NCBI GenBank assembly: GCA_964016885.1
Contig: OZ024743.1
Location: forward strand, 344,286,001 to 344,350,000
DNA from: Eledone cirrhosa
Taxonomy: Eukaryota
Reading direction: 5' to 3'
DNA length: 64,000 nt
Positions 27,688 to 42,233 of this stretch are shown piece after piece (the first letter of the stretch is position 1; each line of letters starts with the position of its first letter). A program made the translations under genes and the position numbers. The notes beneath the pieces were generated by a model that saw only the letters and a list, made by a program, of their open reading frames with translations, searched no databases and was not told the DNA's origin.

Positions 27688-28081
27688 TATGTATAGTATA
27701 TTTGGTAATATACTGTATGTTTAATTAAAAACATTTTGAAGACCTTGCGCTATAATTTTAAAGTACTGACTATGTCAATTACTCCTTTTTTCAACGAGGG
27801 AAGGGAGATAAGCTGACAGATCTGTTTCAAACTGTTGGTGTTCATCAGAGCTTAGCACTCGCCGACCTCTGCCGAAAATTATAGAGGCGGGATTCTTATA
27901 GAATTCCAGTAATAATCAGGAACTGATTATACATAGAGATTGCCGGTCCAGCAAAAATAAAAAATTAGGATAGGTGCTCTGAAAAAGCGATGTATACATG
28001 AATGTATGTATAGTATATTTGGTAATATACTGTATGTTTAATTAAAACATTTTGAAGACCTTGTGCTATTATTTTAAAGTA
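27684..28081 (-). mobile_element. Non-coding HHR element, family B: about 1.25 monomers of 317 nt
   Basis: The GTATAGTATATTTGGTAATATACTG...GAAGACCTTG block occurs at 27691 and 28008 with one HHR between. An opposite-orientation fragment lies at about 27166-27255. Confidence 0.82.
27809..27854 (-). ncRNA. Type I minimal hammerhead ribozyme
   Basis: Minus strand: TAAGCT-CTGATGA-ACACCAACAGTTT-GAAAC-AGATCT-GTC-AGCTTA. Perfect 6-bp stem I, palindromic stem III ACAGATCTGT, GUC triplet. Confidence 0.88.
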
Positions 28082-28086
28082 GATGT

Positions 28087-28540
28087 GAAATCGTGTGTTG
28101 AAACCGATATTGTTACATTTGGGATGGTCATATTGCCAGTATTGCCAATAGAAAACGCATGCACCATATGATTTCTATTTTTACACTTTATTTTTATTAA
28201 TGGGTAGTTCGTTAATCTTCTATCGCCACATGTTATGTGACCTCCTCAATTATTATCTGATTTTTTTTGTGCCTTTTCTTCTTTCTGGTCTTAATCTATT
28301 TCTCTATCATCTCTTTTGTTTCACAATAGCCAAAATGGAATAATAGACTAAGATCAGATATGGGAAAAGGCACAAAAGAGAACAGATAGTCATTGAGGAG
28401 GTCACATAACATGTGCCGAAAGAACTTTGATGGGCTAACCACCAATAACTAATATTAAAGATAAAGTGAAATTGTGAAAATCATATGGTGCAGGTGATTT
28501 TTCTTTTTGGCAATACTGGCAACATGACCAACCCTAATTA
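28087..28540. repeat. Diverged fold-back insertion; family shared with about 33590-33680 and 37690-37755
   Basis: GGTCATATTGCCAGTATTGCCAA versus its reverse complement at about 28505-28530. Inner arms TTATGTGACCTCCTCAAT and ATTGAGGAGGTCACATAA. Confidence 0.7.
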
Positions 28541-28625
28541 TAAATATATATATACATATATATATATATATGTATTTGTATATATATATATATATACATA
28601 TATTTATATATAAATATACATATAC

Positions 28626-28660
<35 letters not shown>

Positions 28661-28672
28661 TATATCTATCTA

Positions 28673-28742
<70 letters not shown>

Positions 28743-28750
<8 letters not shown>

Positions 28751-28958
28751 TAAACGGAATAGAAAATGCTGACAAATTGTTCACAGTGAAAAATAGTTTA
28801 ATTAGGAATAAGTGAGAATTAGTAATTGTATTGGTTAGTATTCAGTTTTGGTTTTAAGTTTTACCGGTTGCGCATTTCTAATTCTCACTTATTCCTAATT
28901 AAACTATTTTTCACTGTGAACAATTTGTCAGCATTTTCTATTCCGTTTACCAATATAT
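28743..28958. repeat. Fold-back insertion in (TA)n
   Basis: Perfect arms of about 80 bp at 28743-28822 and 28878-28958. Confidence 0.88.
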
Positions 28959-28988
28959 AATAACTTGTGTGTTACACCTCTATTCTTT

Positions 28989-29050
<62 letters not shown>

Positions 29051-29120
29051 TGTGCGCGCGTATATATATATTATATATAAAATATACATAAATTCATATG
29101 TATATATCTGCACACTCTCT

Positions 29121-29258
<138 letters not shown>

Positions 29259-29567
29259 ATTTGCATATGATTATTTTGATATTATTTTCATCAATTTATA
29301 TTAATAGAATTGTGATCATCACCAACATTAACACTTCTTTTTATTCGTATTACTCATAAACTAGAATCAATATTTGACAGTGCAGAGAAAAAGAAGAAAA
29401 GCAAAACCAACAATATTATATAACAGATAAAAAAATAAAGGCGTTTATCTTACCTCTAATCTCTTTGATCATTCTTTTGTTAACATGATTTCATACCTTG
29501 TGGCATAAGACTTTATTTTTAGGTGATGGTGGCTTGGATAGATACATACATATAAACACGCACACAC

Positions 29568-29602
<35 letters not shown>

Positions 29603-29632
29603 CATATATATATTTGTATACAAATATATATA

Positions 29633-29707
<75 letters not shown>

Positions 29708-29734
29708 TTGTCTGCATATATATATATATATGTT

Positions 29735-29781
<47 letters not shown>

Positions 29782-29788
29782 ATGTATA

Positions 29789-29824
<36 letters not shown>

Positions 29825-29932
29825 CATATACATACATATATATATGTATATTTGTACATATAAATATATTTGTATATTTATATAAAAATATATATTTGTA
29901 TATATATATATTTGTATATATATATATATATT

Positions 29933-30046
<114 letters not shown>

Positions 30047-30358
30047 TATATATATATATACACACATACATACATATATATATGTGTGTGTGTGTACATA
30101 CATGTGTATATGTGTGTATCTCACCTTTCATTTAACCGAACATCTTCGTTATTTTTTTCCCCGTTTATGACGGTGTTTTTGTTTTTGTTTTTCGTTAACT
30201 TTCTTTTTTCTTCACTCTTTTCCTCGTTTCCATTTTTCTTCTCCCCCACCATTTTGCCAATTTTGAGAGTTGAAACCGTGTAAACGTGTATGTTGTTTTA
30301 CTGACGCTTCTAAGTTGCGTTTTTTTATGTTTCTTTTTTACATGCATTATATACATAG

Positions 30359-30537
<179 letters not shown>

Positions 30538-30541
30538 TATG

Positions 30542-30594
<53 letters not shown>

Positions 30595-30891
30595 TTCTCT
30601 TTTTCTTTTCATACCCCTACAGTTACGTACGAGTCTCGACTTAAACTGTTTCACTAAAATTTTTATTAAAAAAAAAAGCTCCTTTCAATAAAAATAACAT
30701 AAACTACTTAAAAATCAACAACAAAACCTTTTCAAAAAAAGAAATAACCCCCCTGAAAAAATACCGAAACAACAGTAACATATATTGACTATATACATGC
30801 ATACATACATACATGCATACATGCATACACACACACACACACACTCACACATAATACTCATATACATATATATATATATATACATATATAT

Positions 30892-30962
<71 letters not shown>

Positions 30963-30969
30963 TATATAC

Positions 30970-31057
<88 letters not shown>

Positions 31058-31069
31058 ATATCTCTCTCA

Positions 31070-31111
<42 letters not shown>

Positions 31112-31324
31112 TTATAGTCATTTTCGGAGTTTTATTTTGCCTCAGCATCTGTTTTACCTTGTAGTATCTTGAAGAAAATATCAACGAAGTCACCCCTACC
31201 GTCACCACCACAATCACGACCACCAGCCAAAAAAGGAGTTTACTGTTTGGTTAACTTTTCTTAAATATTTTCTTTATTTCTGTCTTGCTTTCATTCTTTC
31301 TTCCTTTCTTTCTTTCTTGTTTCG

Positions 31325-31359
<35 letters not shown>

Positions 31360-31468
31360 GCTGTTGTTGTTATTGTTGTTGTCTACACTGTCATATAAAT
31401 GTAAGTTATGGGAAGAGTAACAAAAAAAATAGTGAACAAACAAATTTCTTAATATAAAAGAAATATAT

Positions 31469-31765
<297 letters not shown>

Positions 31766-33339
31766 AATTGTTGCTTTCGATATGATAATAGGGTCTATCT
31801 AGCAAATCAAATTCACACTTAGCTTATTGTTGTTCATTCTATTGACCCATTGATGGATATCCACGATACCAAAACCTGTAGTAATTGAATCCATCACACC
31901 CGAATGAGGTGTATGAGATGCTAAATTTTGGTTTTACAATTGTTACAATTTCATAATTGTACATATTTTCATGTATTTTGTGTTGCCAACATTTTGGTTA
32001 CAATATTTGCGACCAGATCATTGACACGATTTCAGCTGCAGTGAAAAGTGAATAGTAAATATAACAGTATTTGTGTTTTTCGAGTAGCTGAAATAATTGT
32101 TTTCTGATACACCTCTTCCATGAGAATACAATACAAACGAAATATAAAAAAAATCCTGAAGAACTACATTAATAGCATTAAAAATCGTTTATGACACAAA
32201 CAGATCTTACGTAGTAATAATATAGTAGATATACTTGCTACCTAAATTACAACATCTACTATTCCAAATTAAACTAAAACCAGACCAGACAGACCCCTTC
32301 ACAAGGGAGGTGATCCGATTACATGTATTAAAACGTACATTGTATATATTCATATCATAAGTGGCATTTGTAAATCAAGAGAAACCGTCTCTACATATTA
32401 GAACTGCAGGCCTTTATAATATAAACGAGAAACATGAACCCCATTAATATAATAAACCTACTGTCTATCAACGTTGTAAATCCCAACTAAAAAAAGCTTT
32501 AAAAGTTTACAACTCTCACAAATGCTATCAATGGGCGAGACTTCAATATAAGCCCAATCACCGTCTTCCCCATTCATAACATGAATTCGATTCGTTACTG
32601 TACCAATGACTATGTCTCAGAAACTGGTATTTCCCTTGTCATTAATTCATGATCTATACAAAACTCAGGTGAGATGCAGAATTGTGTACTGCAGTCACAT
32701 CTGAAACGGTGCTGCTGCTGTTGCACCCAGATACATCGTAAACCACACCTAGTTAAAGGACACGTTACAAATTCATACGAAATCACTTTCAAACACATAT
32801 CTGCCTCTGTTTTACAGACAGGCTATCTTCTCTCTTTGTTTTTTTCTTTTACGACTAATTCAATGGCGTCTTCTCTGAGCTGTCTAGTCTCATGTTATTT
32901 CCACTGACGTATTCTCGACGTAAAACCTATTTTCAGCCATCAAACCTCATCCTGAAGTCAGATTCTATACTCTCTCAATCGCCTGAAATTCTTTTCCTGC
33001 ACATGTCTTTCCAGCAAATGTTAATTTGTATCAGATTAAACAGAATGTTAACGGCATAAATCTTATCGGTATTGAAGTGCCTGCAAAGGCTATGGGTGTA
33101 CTCCCTTCCGCTAAACAAAATTAATACATACATAAAACAAGTGTGACTAACACGTTATATAGAATATATATATATATGGGATAACAAGTTATCATTTTAG
33201 GTAATCCAGTTAGAGGTTGTGAGTACTCTGTACTATGGATAGTTTTAACGCACGGTGTTCTTTGACTCAAAAAGAGGTTTCCTTAGTTAGGTAGCGAGTT
33301 TACGAGAATTCCCATGCAGATCATTCTTGGAATAATAGT

Positions 33340-33572
33340 AGTGAAAGAGTGAAGAGTAACATGGTTGGCTGTACAAAAAGGGTTTTATTTACAGCATTAA
33401 CAGTTGTTCGTATTCCGATGATTTGATCAGAGACACACACTGTATTTAAGGTCGAGTGACGCAATTTCGAGTGATTAGCGGCCTTTAGACTCACCTGATC
33501 AATGAAACAACTGTTAATACTGTAAATAAAACCCTTTTTGTACGCCGACCATGTTATTCTTTACTCTTTCAC
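33340..33572. repeat. Fold-back insertion with decayed HHR-like motif
   Basis: Arms about 33340-33410 and 33505-33572. CTGATCA..GAAAC-AACT-GTT near 33495-33515. Confidence 0.75.
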
Positions 33573-33993
33573 AACTATATATACATATATTTATGAAATC
33601 GTGTGTTGAAACAAATATTGTTATATTTGTGGAGGGTCATATTGTTATAATATTGCCAGAGATAATAATAAAACACACTGAACAGAATAGAATAACAACA
33701 ACCATACCCAAACACACAATACTGACCTAAGGGAAATATAAATATATACACAAGTACAATAACAACAAACACACATAAACACACACTAGTGGACAAAGAT
33801 AGAATACAAAAACACGTAGACTCAAAACGAACATACACACCAAACAGAAAACACACACGCAAACGCATGCGCAAACAGAGTAAAAAACAAGAAAAAAAAT
33901 ACAATAAAAATGGCTTAGACATTACAATACAACGGGATGAAACAATAGTACCACTGATGATGTCACTGATGTGTGACGAAAAAACTTTGATAG

Positions 33994-34054
<61 letters not shown>

Positions 34055-34807
34055 TCAGGTTATCAATAATGTAGTGATAATATATCGTTACGTTAGAAAT
34101 GAACAGCGTACGTGCAGGTTTGCTCAACGAGTATAAATTATATTCCGGAGAAATGTAGAAAGGATGAATATAAAATGAAAGTGCTTTTGTTAAAAAAGGA
34201 ATTTATTAGGTATTGACATATGTTTCTGTAACAGACCGAATACCTATGTATCGCTGCTTGCGTAATCATATAATGTTAGCAAGTATTCGATAGCAAATGT
34301 ATAATCAGTTGTCACTTCTTCAGAGATTTTGGATAAACTGGATAAAATCAGAAAAATTGAAGTATTTATATTAGTAAAAGAGGAAGGAACAGAGGGGATA
34401 GAATATGACAGATGGTAAAATAATTTACTGCTAAACAAGTATATAATGGGTTTTTAATGAGAATACCATGAGTAAATCTAAATAAGAATTTTGGGAGTGC
34501 CAATTTTAATCTCTACTTGACCAACTGGACAGTGGACAGGGCTGGTTATTTGGTGCAGTAGTATTAATTATAAGTGTCAATTGGGGAAGGGGGAGATTTC
34601 GATTGCTACTAAATAACATCAATGCTAGTAGTCAGCTGGTATTTGCACTAGGGAATTGAATCAAGAAATCAGAAATCTCATTAGAAATCTCATTTTATCT
34701 ATAGCAGTTTGTATTAAAAGGTAAATAATAGAAGAGTTGATAGAATTAAGACTAATAAAGAATGTTCATATCTATTTTGACAATCAAACGGGGATAGAGA
34801 CAGGCGT

Positions 34808-37135
34808 TCAATCCTGGTAGTATTTATAATATGAAAATGTAGATTTTAAGCGATGGTTACAGTATAACGATCGCTCTATTCTGTTATTTAATAAAATGTT
34901 TTTGGATTTCATAATACAAAATAATTCTACATTACATAATTTACAAAATTCCTGTCCATTGGAATATGGGGGGGGGGGGGGGGCAGTCGCTATTATATCC
35001 CATTTTAGGTGAAATTGTTGGTTATTTTCACGCAGCTGCCAAGCCTTGTCTGCGAGTGTTGTTACATAACGCTGGTTTTCATGTTTTATAGAATAACGAT
35101 GTCTATAAAGGCGTGATTTGAAGGAGGTGGCTGTAGATCCCACATAGTACCACTTCTGTCTATCCGATTCGATAGTACATTTGTATACGATGTTGCGTTC
35201 AAGACACTGATTGTTCAACGGACACATTCCTGGTTGGACACAGTTGCAATTACAGTTTTGCGTTGTTGTATTGCCATGGATGGGTTGATGAGGTTGCTTA
35301 TGTAGGACAGGATGTTGTTTGTTGTTTTGTGATGTTATAGCTAATGTTTTACGTGTATTGTTATGTGTTGGAAGGCGTTTATACAACCGTTTAGCGTTAA
35401 GCATTTTTATATGTTGTTCAATATTAGGGGCGGTTGAATATGAAAGTCGAATGGTGTTAGGGTTTAAGATTTTATTATATTTATGTGATGTTGGAAAGTG
35501 TTTTCTAACTAATCGAAAGAATTTTGAGGGTAGATTGGTTTTAATAGATTTGTTATAGACCGGGTTGTACCAGATATACTCCTTACATCGCCTTCTGTTT
35601 GGTGGTGTGCGACTATTATTGTGTCTATTGCGGTAGTGTATGTATGGTGGTGATTCTGTGCTATTTCTACTCCTATGTGATTTATTTTGGGTGTTTTGGT
35701 GATCATTGACTATATACTCTATATTATCTAGGTGACCGGCTTTCCTAAGTGCATCATCATAATACTCGGCATGTTCTTTGAAGGTTTGTTGGTCGGACGA
35801 TAGGCGGGAGATTCTAAGAGAAACATTTCAAGGGATGGATTTAATTATAGAGAGTGGATGGTTAGAACTCGTATTTACATATTTAAGGTTCTCATTTAGT
35901 TTATGGAACGGTTTAATCGTATCTGTATTGAGATTGAAAGTAACATCAAGGAAATTGACCTCTTTGAGGTTATATTCAAATGTAATATTTAATCCTAGTT
36001 CTTTAAAAAGTTTTCTGATATTTTTACGCATCCTTTCTAAATTCTGGTTATTCATATGCTTAACTAATAGGAGCGCATCGTCACGGTAAATTCCACCGTG
36101 GAGATCCTTGAATTTTCCTTGTAATCTGTGGGTGATATAAATTCCCACAAGATCTGTTACTTCCGCCGAATCATTTGAACCCATAGTGATATCAAAATTA
36201 GAAGGTCTATCTTTGCGAACCCAGTAGCTATCATCGAATTTAACTATAGTTTTTCTCGCTTCCATAATAATTTTAATTTCAGCATCCGTAAGGTCGGAAT
36301 TATCCTTAGCGAACGAAAGAGCTTCATGTAGAGTATCAGGTGAAATTGAGGAATAATATTCATCAATATCAAACTGAATAAATTTTGATTTTTTCTTATC
36401 AGTAATGTTGTTAAACCATCTTATTGCTTCATGAGTGTTACCCCATAGTTTAATCTCTACTTTAACCTTAACTTGGGGGATAATTCTGTCTAGTATATAT
36501 TTGCTAATTTTACCTATATCAGATTTAGATGGGCATATAAGTCTAATATTAGGGTTAGTATCGAAGTTTACCTTGTGGTCCTTCAGGTTGAAGGATGGTA
36601 TAGCTGGTGTTAAGGGTTGCGTTCTATCGTCAATACAAAGTTTTTTAACAATATCACATGGCGAGTTGTTGATGTTTTTAAGTGTGGCTTCATTAGTTTT
36701 CCTGTATTTTTTATGCAATTCCTTACGGATGAAGTTATTGTAAGTGTCCACATCCATGGTATATACGTTTGATGTTTTGTCTGCTCTAACAATAATTCCA
36801 TTGGCGTTTTTTAGATTATTGAGCAGTGCCGTGATGTCATTCTGTAGTTTATTGTTCTTACGTTTTGTAAATTTGATCTCCATGATCATATCCATTAGGT
36901 CTTGTTCAAATGCATCCAAAAGTGGGTTTGAGGGTGGGTTCTTGTAAGATTTAAATCCAAATTTATCCTTGTTAAGATCCGATGTTTGGTTTATACGGCT
37001 TTTGTCAAAATGGAATGTTTTCCATCTGATTCGTCGAATAAAATCATTGGTCCTTCGTATCATACCTAGAATATATTCCCTTTTTGCCTGAATAGGTATG
37101 TTTTTTAACGACATATCCAATTGGTGCCTTTCCAT
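34808..37135 (-). CDS. PLE RT/GIY-YIG polyprotein, about 775 codons, one in-frame TGA at 35830-35828
   Basis: RT part: SLKNIPI, ADKTSN, FDIDEYYSSI, FDITMGSNDSAEV, IYRDD, NFLDVTF, SNHP. Reading through the TGA continues open (IWYNP) in frame into CNC..CPL..C, IVY..YYVG.T..FK.R, CKLC..E, LLN..E..CNH. Confidence 0.9.
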
Positions 37136-37344
37136 TTTAGAAGCGTATGCTGAATTAGTTGCTCAACTGTATAGATAAATTCTTATTTAGATTTACTCAT
37201 GGTATTCTCATTAAAAACCCATTATATACTTGTTTAGCAGTAAATTATTTTACCATCTGTCATATTCTATCCCCTCTGTTCCTTCCTCTTTTACTAATAT
37301 AAATACTTCAATTTTTCTGATTTTATCCAGTTTATCCAAAATCT

Positions 37345-37461
37345 CTGAAGAAGTGACAACTGATTATACATTTGCTATCGAATACTTGCTAACATTATAT
37401 GATTACGCAAGCAGCGATACATAGGTATTCGGTCTGTTACAGAAACATATGTCAATACCTA
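37345..37461 (+). ncRNA. Hammerhead in PLE pLTR with about 90-nt stem II (identical copy at 34207-34323, minus)
   Basis: CTGAAGA-[GTGACA..TATCG..CTTGC..GCAAG..CGATA..TGTTAC]-GAAAC-ATAT-GTC. Canonical stem I is poor. Confidence 0.65.
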
Positions 37462-37507
37462 ATAAATTCCTTTTTTAACAAAAGCACTTTCATTTTATAT
37501 TCATCCT

Positions 37508-37580
<73 letters not shown>

Positions 37581-37835
37581 TATATATTTATATCTGTATT
37601 TTTAACCGTTGGTCAATCAATGATAAACATTGATTGCCAGATAAATTAACTATAGAGATATACAGAAGTGAAAACCAATCCAAACCAAACAGTGAGTGTG
37701 TTTTATTATTATTTCTGGCAATATTATAACAATATGACCCTCCCAAAATAACACTATATATATATAAGTTTAGGAATAACCAAAGAGTGCTTAGAAATAC
37801 ATTGTTATATTTGCTAACAGTGTTTCATCCTTACC

Positions 37836-39790
37836 CTATGGCCTGTGTTTGAAGGAGCTTTTGTGGTTATACAAGCGTTCTTTAAACGTAGTCGATGTCG
37901 CCCCTATGTAGGAGTACTCTTTTTGGCCCGCTGTGACATCGCACCGGTAAACAATATTTTTAACGAGGCACTCCCCGTTTAGTGGGCATTCGACCCGCCT
38001 TTTGCAGTTGCAGTTGGGGGTTATGTGTTTGTTGCTACGTTGTCGGTTGTACGTAATCTGTGTGGAGCTGGCATGTAGGTTGTTGTGTTGTGTTGTGTGT
38101 GTTGTTTCGTTCTGGGTTGTGCTAGTGGTTGGTTGTGGTGCTCCCATGTGTTTGCATATTTTTGTCCTATTTGCGTGTGCTATTGTGTCGCCTAGATTTG
38201 GTGTTGTGGAGAAAGAGAATTTGACAGTGTGTCTATTAAAGAGCTTGTGGTATTTATGTATGGGTGGGAAGGATTGGTCAAGAGCTCTGAAGAAGTTTCC
38301 CGGTATATTAGTGGCAACATGTATGGAGTACGGAGCGTTGTACCATGTCACGGATCTGCTTCGGGCTGTACGGTGCTTAGTGTGGTTGTTGTGGTTTAGT
38401 GGTTGCGTGGGTGTGTTTTGGTCAGGCGCATTTGTCATGGGGGCTTCTTGTTATTCTATTGTCGTTAAGTCTCGGGTCTCTATTACTAGGTCATCGTGTG
38501 CTATAATCAGAGTCCTTACTGGGGATGGAGAGTATAGCTTTATCTCCATGGCAGTTTTGTGTAACTCTGCCTGTCCTGCCGGCTAGAGATGGTCTTTGCT
38601 TAGTGTTTGTTCTAGGTGTGGTGTCCTCCTCTATATGGGTTTCTAAATGTCTGTTTGGGTTTAGCAGTGTTGTGATTCTAGTTTGGTTATTTTAATTTAT
38701 CTTCTCATTGTACCCAGCCTTTTCAAGTGCGGAGTTATAATATTCCGTGTGGTGGTTGAGGATAGTTCTGTTCGCCGACAGGTTTGACACTCTGTAGGAA
38801 ACGCTTTTAAATATTGAGTTAATTATGCTCCTAGGGTGGTTGGAGTGTCTGTTGACATATTTTAGGTTTCCGTTTACTTTATGGTATCGGTGGTAGAGAC
38901 CTGTGTCTAATTCTAATGTTTACTAAGAAGTTTACTGTCCTACTGTTGGGTTCTATTTCTACCGCTAATCATTGGGTCTTAAAGATATATCTAAGTCGTT
39001 TGTGTAGTCTATCTAATGGTCTATTATTGAGTCCGCGGGCCATGAGTAGGGCCTCGTCTCGGTAAAAGCCTCCACCCATGGTGGGGATCTCATCCGTTAT
39101 TATATTTAGGAGGTATAGGCCCATTACATCCGTAACCTGTGCGGAGTCACTAGACGCCATAGTAATGTCGAAGCTATTTGGTCTATTTTGTCATTCCCAT
39201 AATTTACTGTCAAATTCTAGTAAAGTTTTCCTAGCTACTAGTATGATGTCTACCTCCTTTCTGGTGGGCATGATCTGTTCATGGCTGAGATCAATGCCTT
39301 GTTTAGGATGACCGGGGATATAGAGGCGTAATAGTTCGCAATGTCCATTTGTACGAATCGGACGTCCGACTTGGTTTCAATGCCGGATAACCAGTCGATT
39401 ACCTCTTTTGTACAGGACCAGAGGCTGAGTTTAGTCCTATTTCTTAGTTCTGGCATTATCCGGTCAATGATGCACTAGCTTAGTCTACCTAGGTTTGATT
39501 TAGAGGGAGCTATGAGTCTGACCGGTATTTTGGACTGAAAGTCCGGTTTGTGGTCCTTAATCGATATCCTCGGTGTCCTAGGGTTGTATGGTTGTGTCCT
39601 GTCGTCTATGGTCAATTCCGTAATTATCATTTTTGCCTGTTTGTTTATGTGTGCTAGGTTTTACCGTGTTGATGTTTTGTATATTTTAGCTAGTTCGTTT
39701 GTGATGCATTTCTTGTAGGTTTTGTACTCCAAATTATAGATGTTTCCGATCTTATCCGCCGGTACAATGATGCCAGGGCTTTTCCCGACT
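37836..39790 (-). pseudogene. Second, decayed and truncated Naiad-like PLE ORF (RT and GIY-YIG)
   Basis: Fragments MDIANYYASI, MASSDSAQVTDVMG, FYRDEALL, WYNAPY, CNCKRRVECPLNGEC..IVY..YIGAT..FKERLYNH. Many frameshifts. (TA)n on both sides. Confidence 0.88.
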
Positions 39791-40052
39791 GTTCGGTGGA
39801 TGTGAGCTCAGACAGGTTTTGTACTCCAAATATATATATTGTTATCCTTTTGGAGGGTCATGCTGCCTATAAAAAAAAATACACACACCTGTTGGTTTTT
39901 ACTTCAATTTATTATAAATTTCTGACTGGTTGGTTCAATAATCGGAGGGTTGTTTTTATCTTGCCAATGCTCTTTCGTCCCACATTCTGGGATCTCCTCA
40001 GTGATTGGTTTATATTTTGTATCTCTTCTTCGTTCTGTCCTACACCATCTTG

Positions 40053-40132
<80 letters not shown>

Positions 40133-40135
<3 letters not shown>

Positions 40136-40287
40136 AAAAAGTATGGTCCCGACGGCAGAGCTTAAGCCGTTTCGCCGGCTATTTCTGGACTATTCATGGA
40201 CTTTTCCTATTTCCCACTCTACTACCCTAAGTATTTGGTACTCTGGTGCGTTATGGCCCATCTGGTTCCTTACCACAATTCCTTTGT

Positions 40288-40288
<1 letters not shown>
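40133..40288. mobile_element. Fold-back element, family C
   Basis: Minus-oriented motif 40133-40195 joined to a plus-oriented tail 40201-40288. Inside (TA)n. Confidence 0.8.
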
Positions 40289-40319
<31 letters not shown>

Positions 40320-40507
40320 TACGCTATTTCCTACGTTCCTCTACACACTATACATCTCATTCTACATTCCCTTACATCTCTCTCTTCCCCACCGGATTAT
40401 GTTACCCGGAGATTTACCCTTCTGCATTGTTGAGGCTTCCAAAACGACAAAATAAAAGTATTATTATTCCACAATGCTTCAAACAAACTTCAATACTCTC
40501 TTATATT

Positions 40508-40575
<68 letters not shown>

Positions 40576-40681
40576 TAGCAGATTAAAGTTTAAGCAAAGA
40601 ATTGATGCTTTCACCCCCCCTTAACGAGATCTTCTGAAACTCGAGCCCTCTTTCGATTTTAGTCTTCAAATTTATTATTAT

Positions 40682-40788
<107 letters not shown>

Positions 40789-41547
40789 TGTGTGTGTATG
40801 CACGTATGTGTATGCACGTATGTGTATGTTTGTGAAACTTTTCAAACACCTCTGTAACAACATGGACACGAGACCATTAATATCGTGTTTTAGAAATGAA
40901 ATATATATTTATATATGAAAATGCATTCATATGTATTTTAAAGTATGGATACGTATTTCTGCCCGTATATTGTATTCCTTTTGCTTCTCAATAAATATTT
41001 TAACAAACCAAAATGTTAATGTTGAAGCTAAAACACAAGTAGGGAATCGTGTGGGCTGGAGAGACGGAGAGATAGAGAGGAGATAGAACTAATAAATTAA
41101 TAAGAACCAGCGAAGATTTTCTAAATTAGTGAAAATTTGACATTTTTCATTTGCTTTGTTAATTAGCTCCTGATTAGCATTCCACTGCATTTAACGCAGC
41201 TTTCGAAACACTGAAAGATTTAAAATTTTTGTTTAGTTTTTGTGTTCGCAAAATAGCTGTTCTTTCGTTGGTAAACAGGAGGTTCCTATATCGATTTCCA
41301 TGAAGTCTTGTGAAAGGTTATGCGTAACACTGCATCCTCAAAATCACTATCTGAGCAAAGATGTGATCAATATGAAAAATGCAAAAGTATGCAGTTTAAT
41401 CATTCCCCTTGCTGCTTGAACTAAAACAGAGAAGTTAAAAATTTAGAATATAGACTGAAGTGAAGCATCGGCTTTGAATACATAAATAAGCTTTACTGAA
41501 TTAATTGGGTACTGTTTTTTCCATTTTCATATTCAGACCTATGTGCA

Positions 41548-42147
41548 TATATATATATACTACTAAAACTGTGTGATTGGTTGCTTACCTGCTTGTCTGT
41601 AATGTAATACAGACAAAAGTGCGCATAATAGGAAAACACTTTAAAAGGAAGTCGCCTCTGAAATGGGAATTCAAATGGAGTAAAACAAGTTTCGCGTAAA
41701 TCGGACTACGGGTTCCCGAGGTAAGGGGTTTTTCCGGGTACCTTCATAAACAAAGAAAGAGAGAGTAGATTGAAAGAGAGAGGAGGAGGAGACAAAGAAG
41801 GAAAATGGAAGAGAACTGGTGTTGTTGTATATATAGATATATATGTGAGTGTATGTGTATATATATATATGTGTGCGTATATGTGTGTGCGTCTATGACC
41901 AGTGCATATAGATCACATACACCTATATATATATATATACACACACACATACATATAAATATATGTATACTCACACACACATTTATATATACATATATAC
42001 ACACACCTATATATATGCGTCTTCCAGTTTCATTTCACATTATATACATGTCTGTGTATATTCTAATTATTTAAAAATTGATTTTAAAACATGATTTAAA
42101 AAAAATATTTTGAAGCGAACGTGACCCGTAGGGTCACGGGTGGTCTA

Positions 42148-42148
<1 letters not shown>
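41548..42148 (+). mobile_element. Non-autonomous Helitron, copy 1
   Basis: 3' hairpin CGTGACCC-GTA-GGGTCACG followed by CTAG|T. Colinear with 52292-52883. Confidence 0.8.

Positions 42149-42227
<79 letters not shown>

Positions 42228-42233
<6 letters not shown>

Larger units (their letters stand above)
34050..37512 (-). mobile_element. Penelope-like retroelement (Naiad-like) with inverted pseudo-LTR, flanked by (TA)n
   Basis: RT plus C-terminal GIY-YIG ORF. 34156-34491 is an exact inverted copy of 37177-37512 (the ORF track shows an identical 64-aa ORF on both strands). (TA)n at about 33997-34048 and from 37511. Confidence 0.92.

Noticed and set aside
32610-32907. Short Cys-rich ORFs in non-repetitive sequence
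   Set aside because: No recognisable domain. The Cys/Gln runs come from a (TGC)n stretch.
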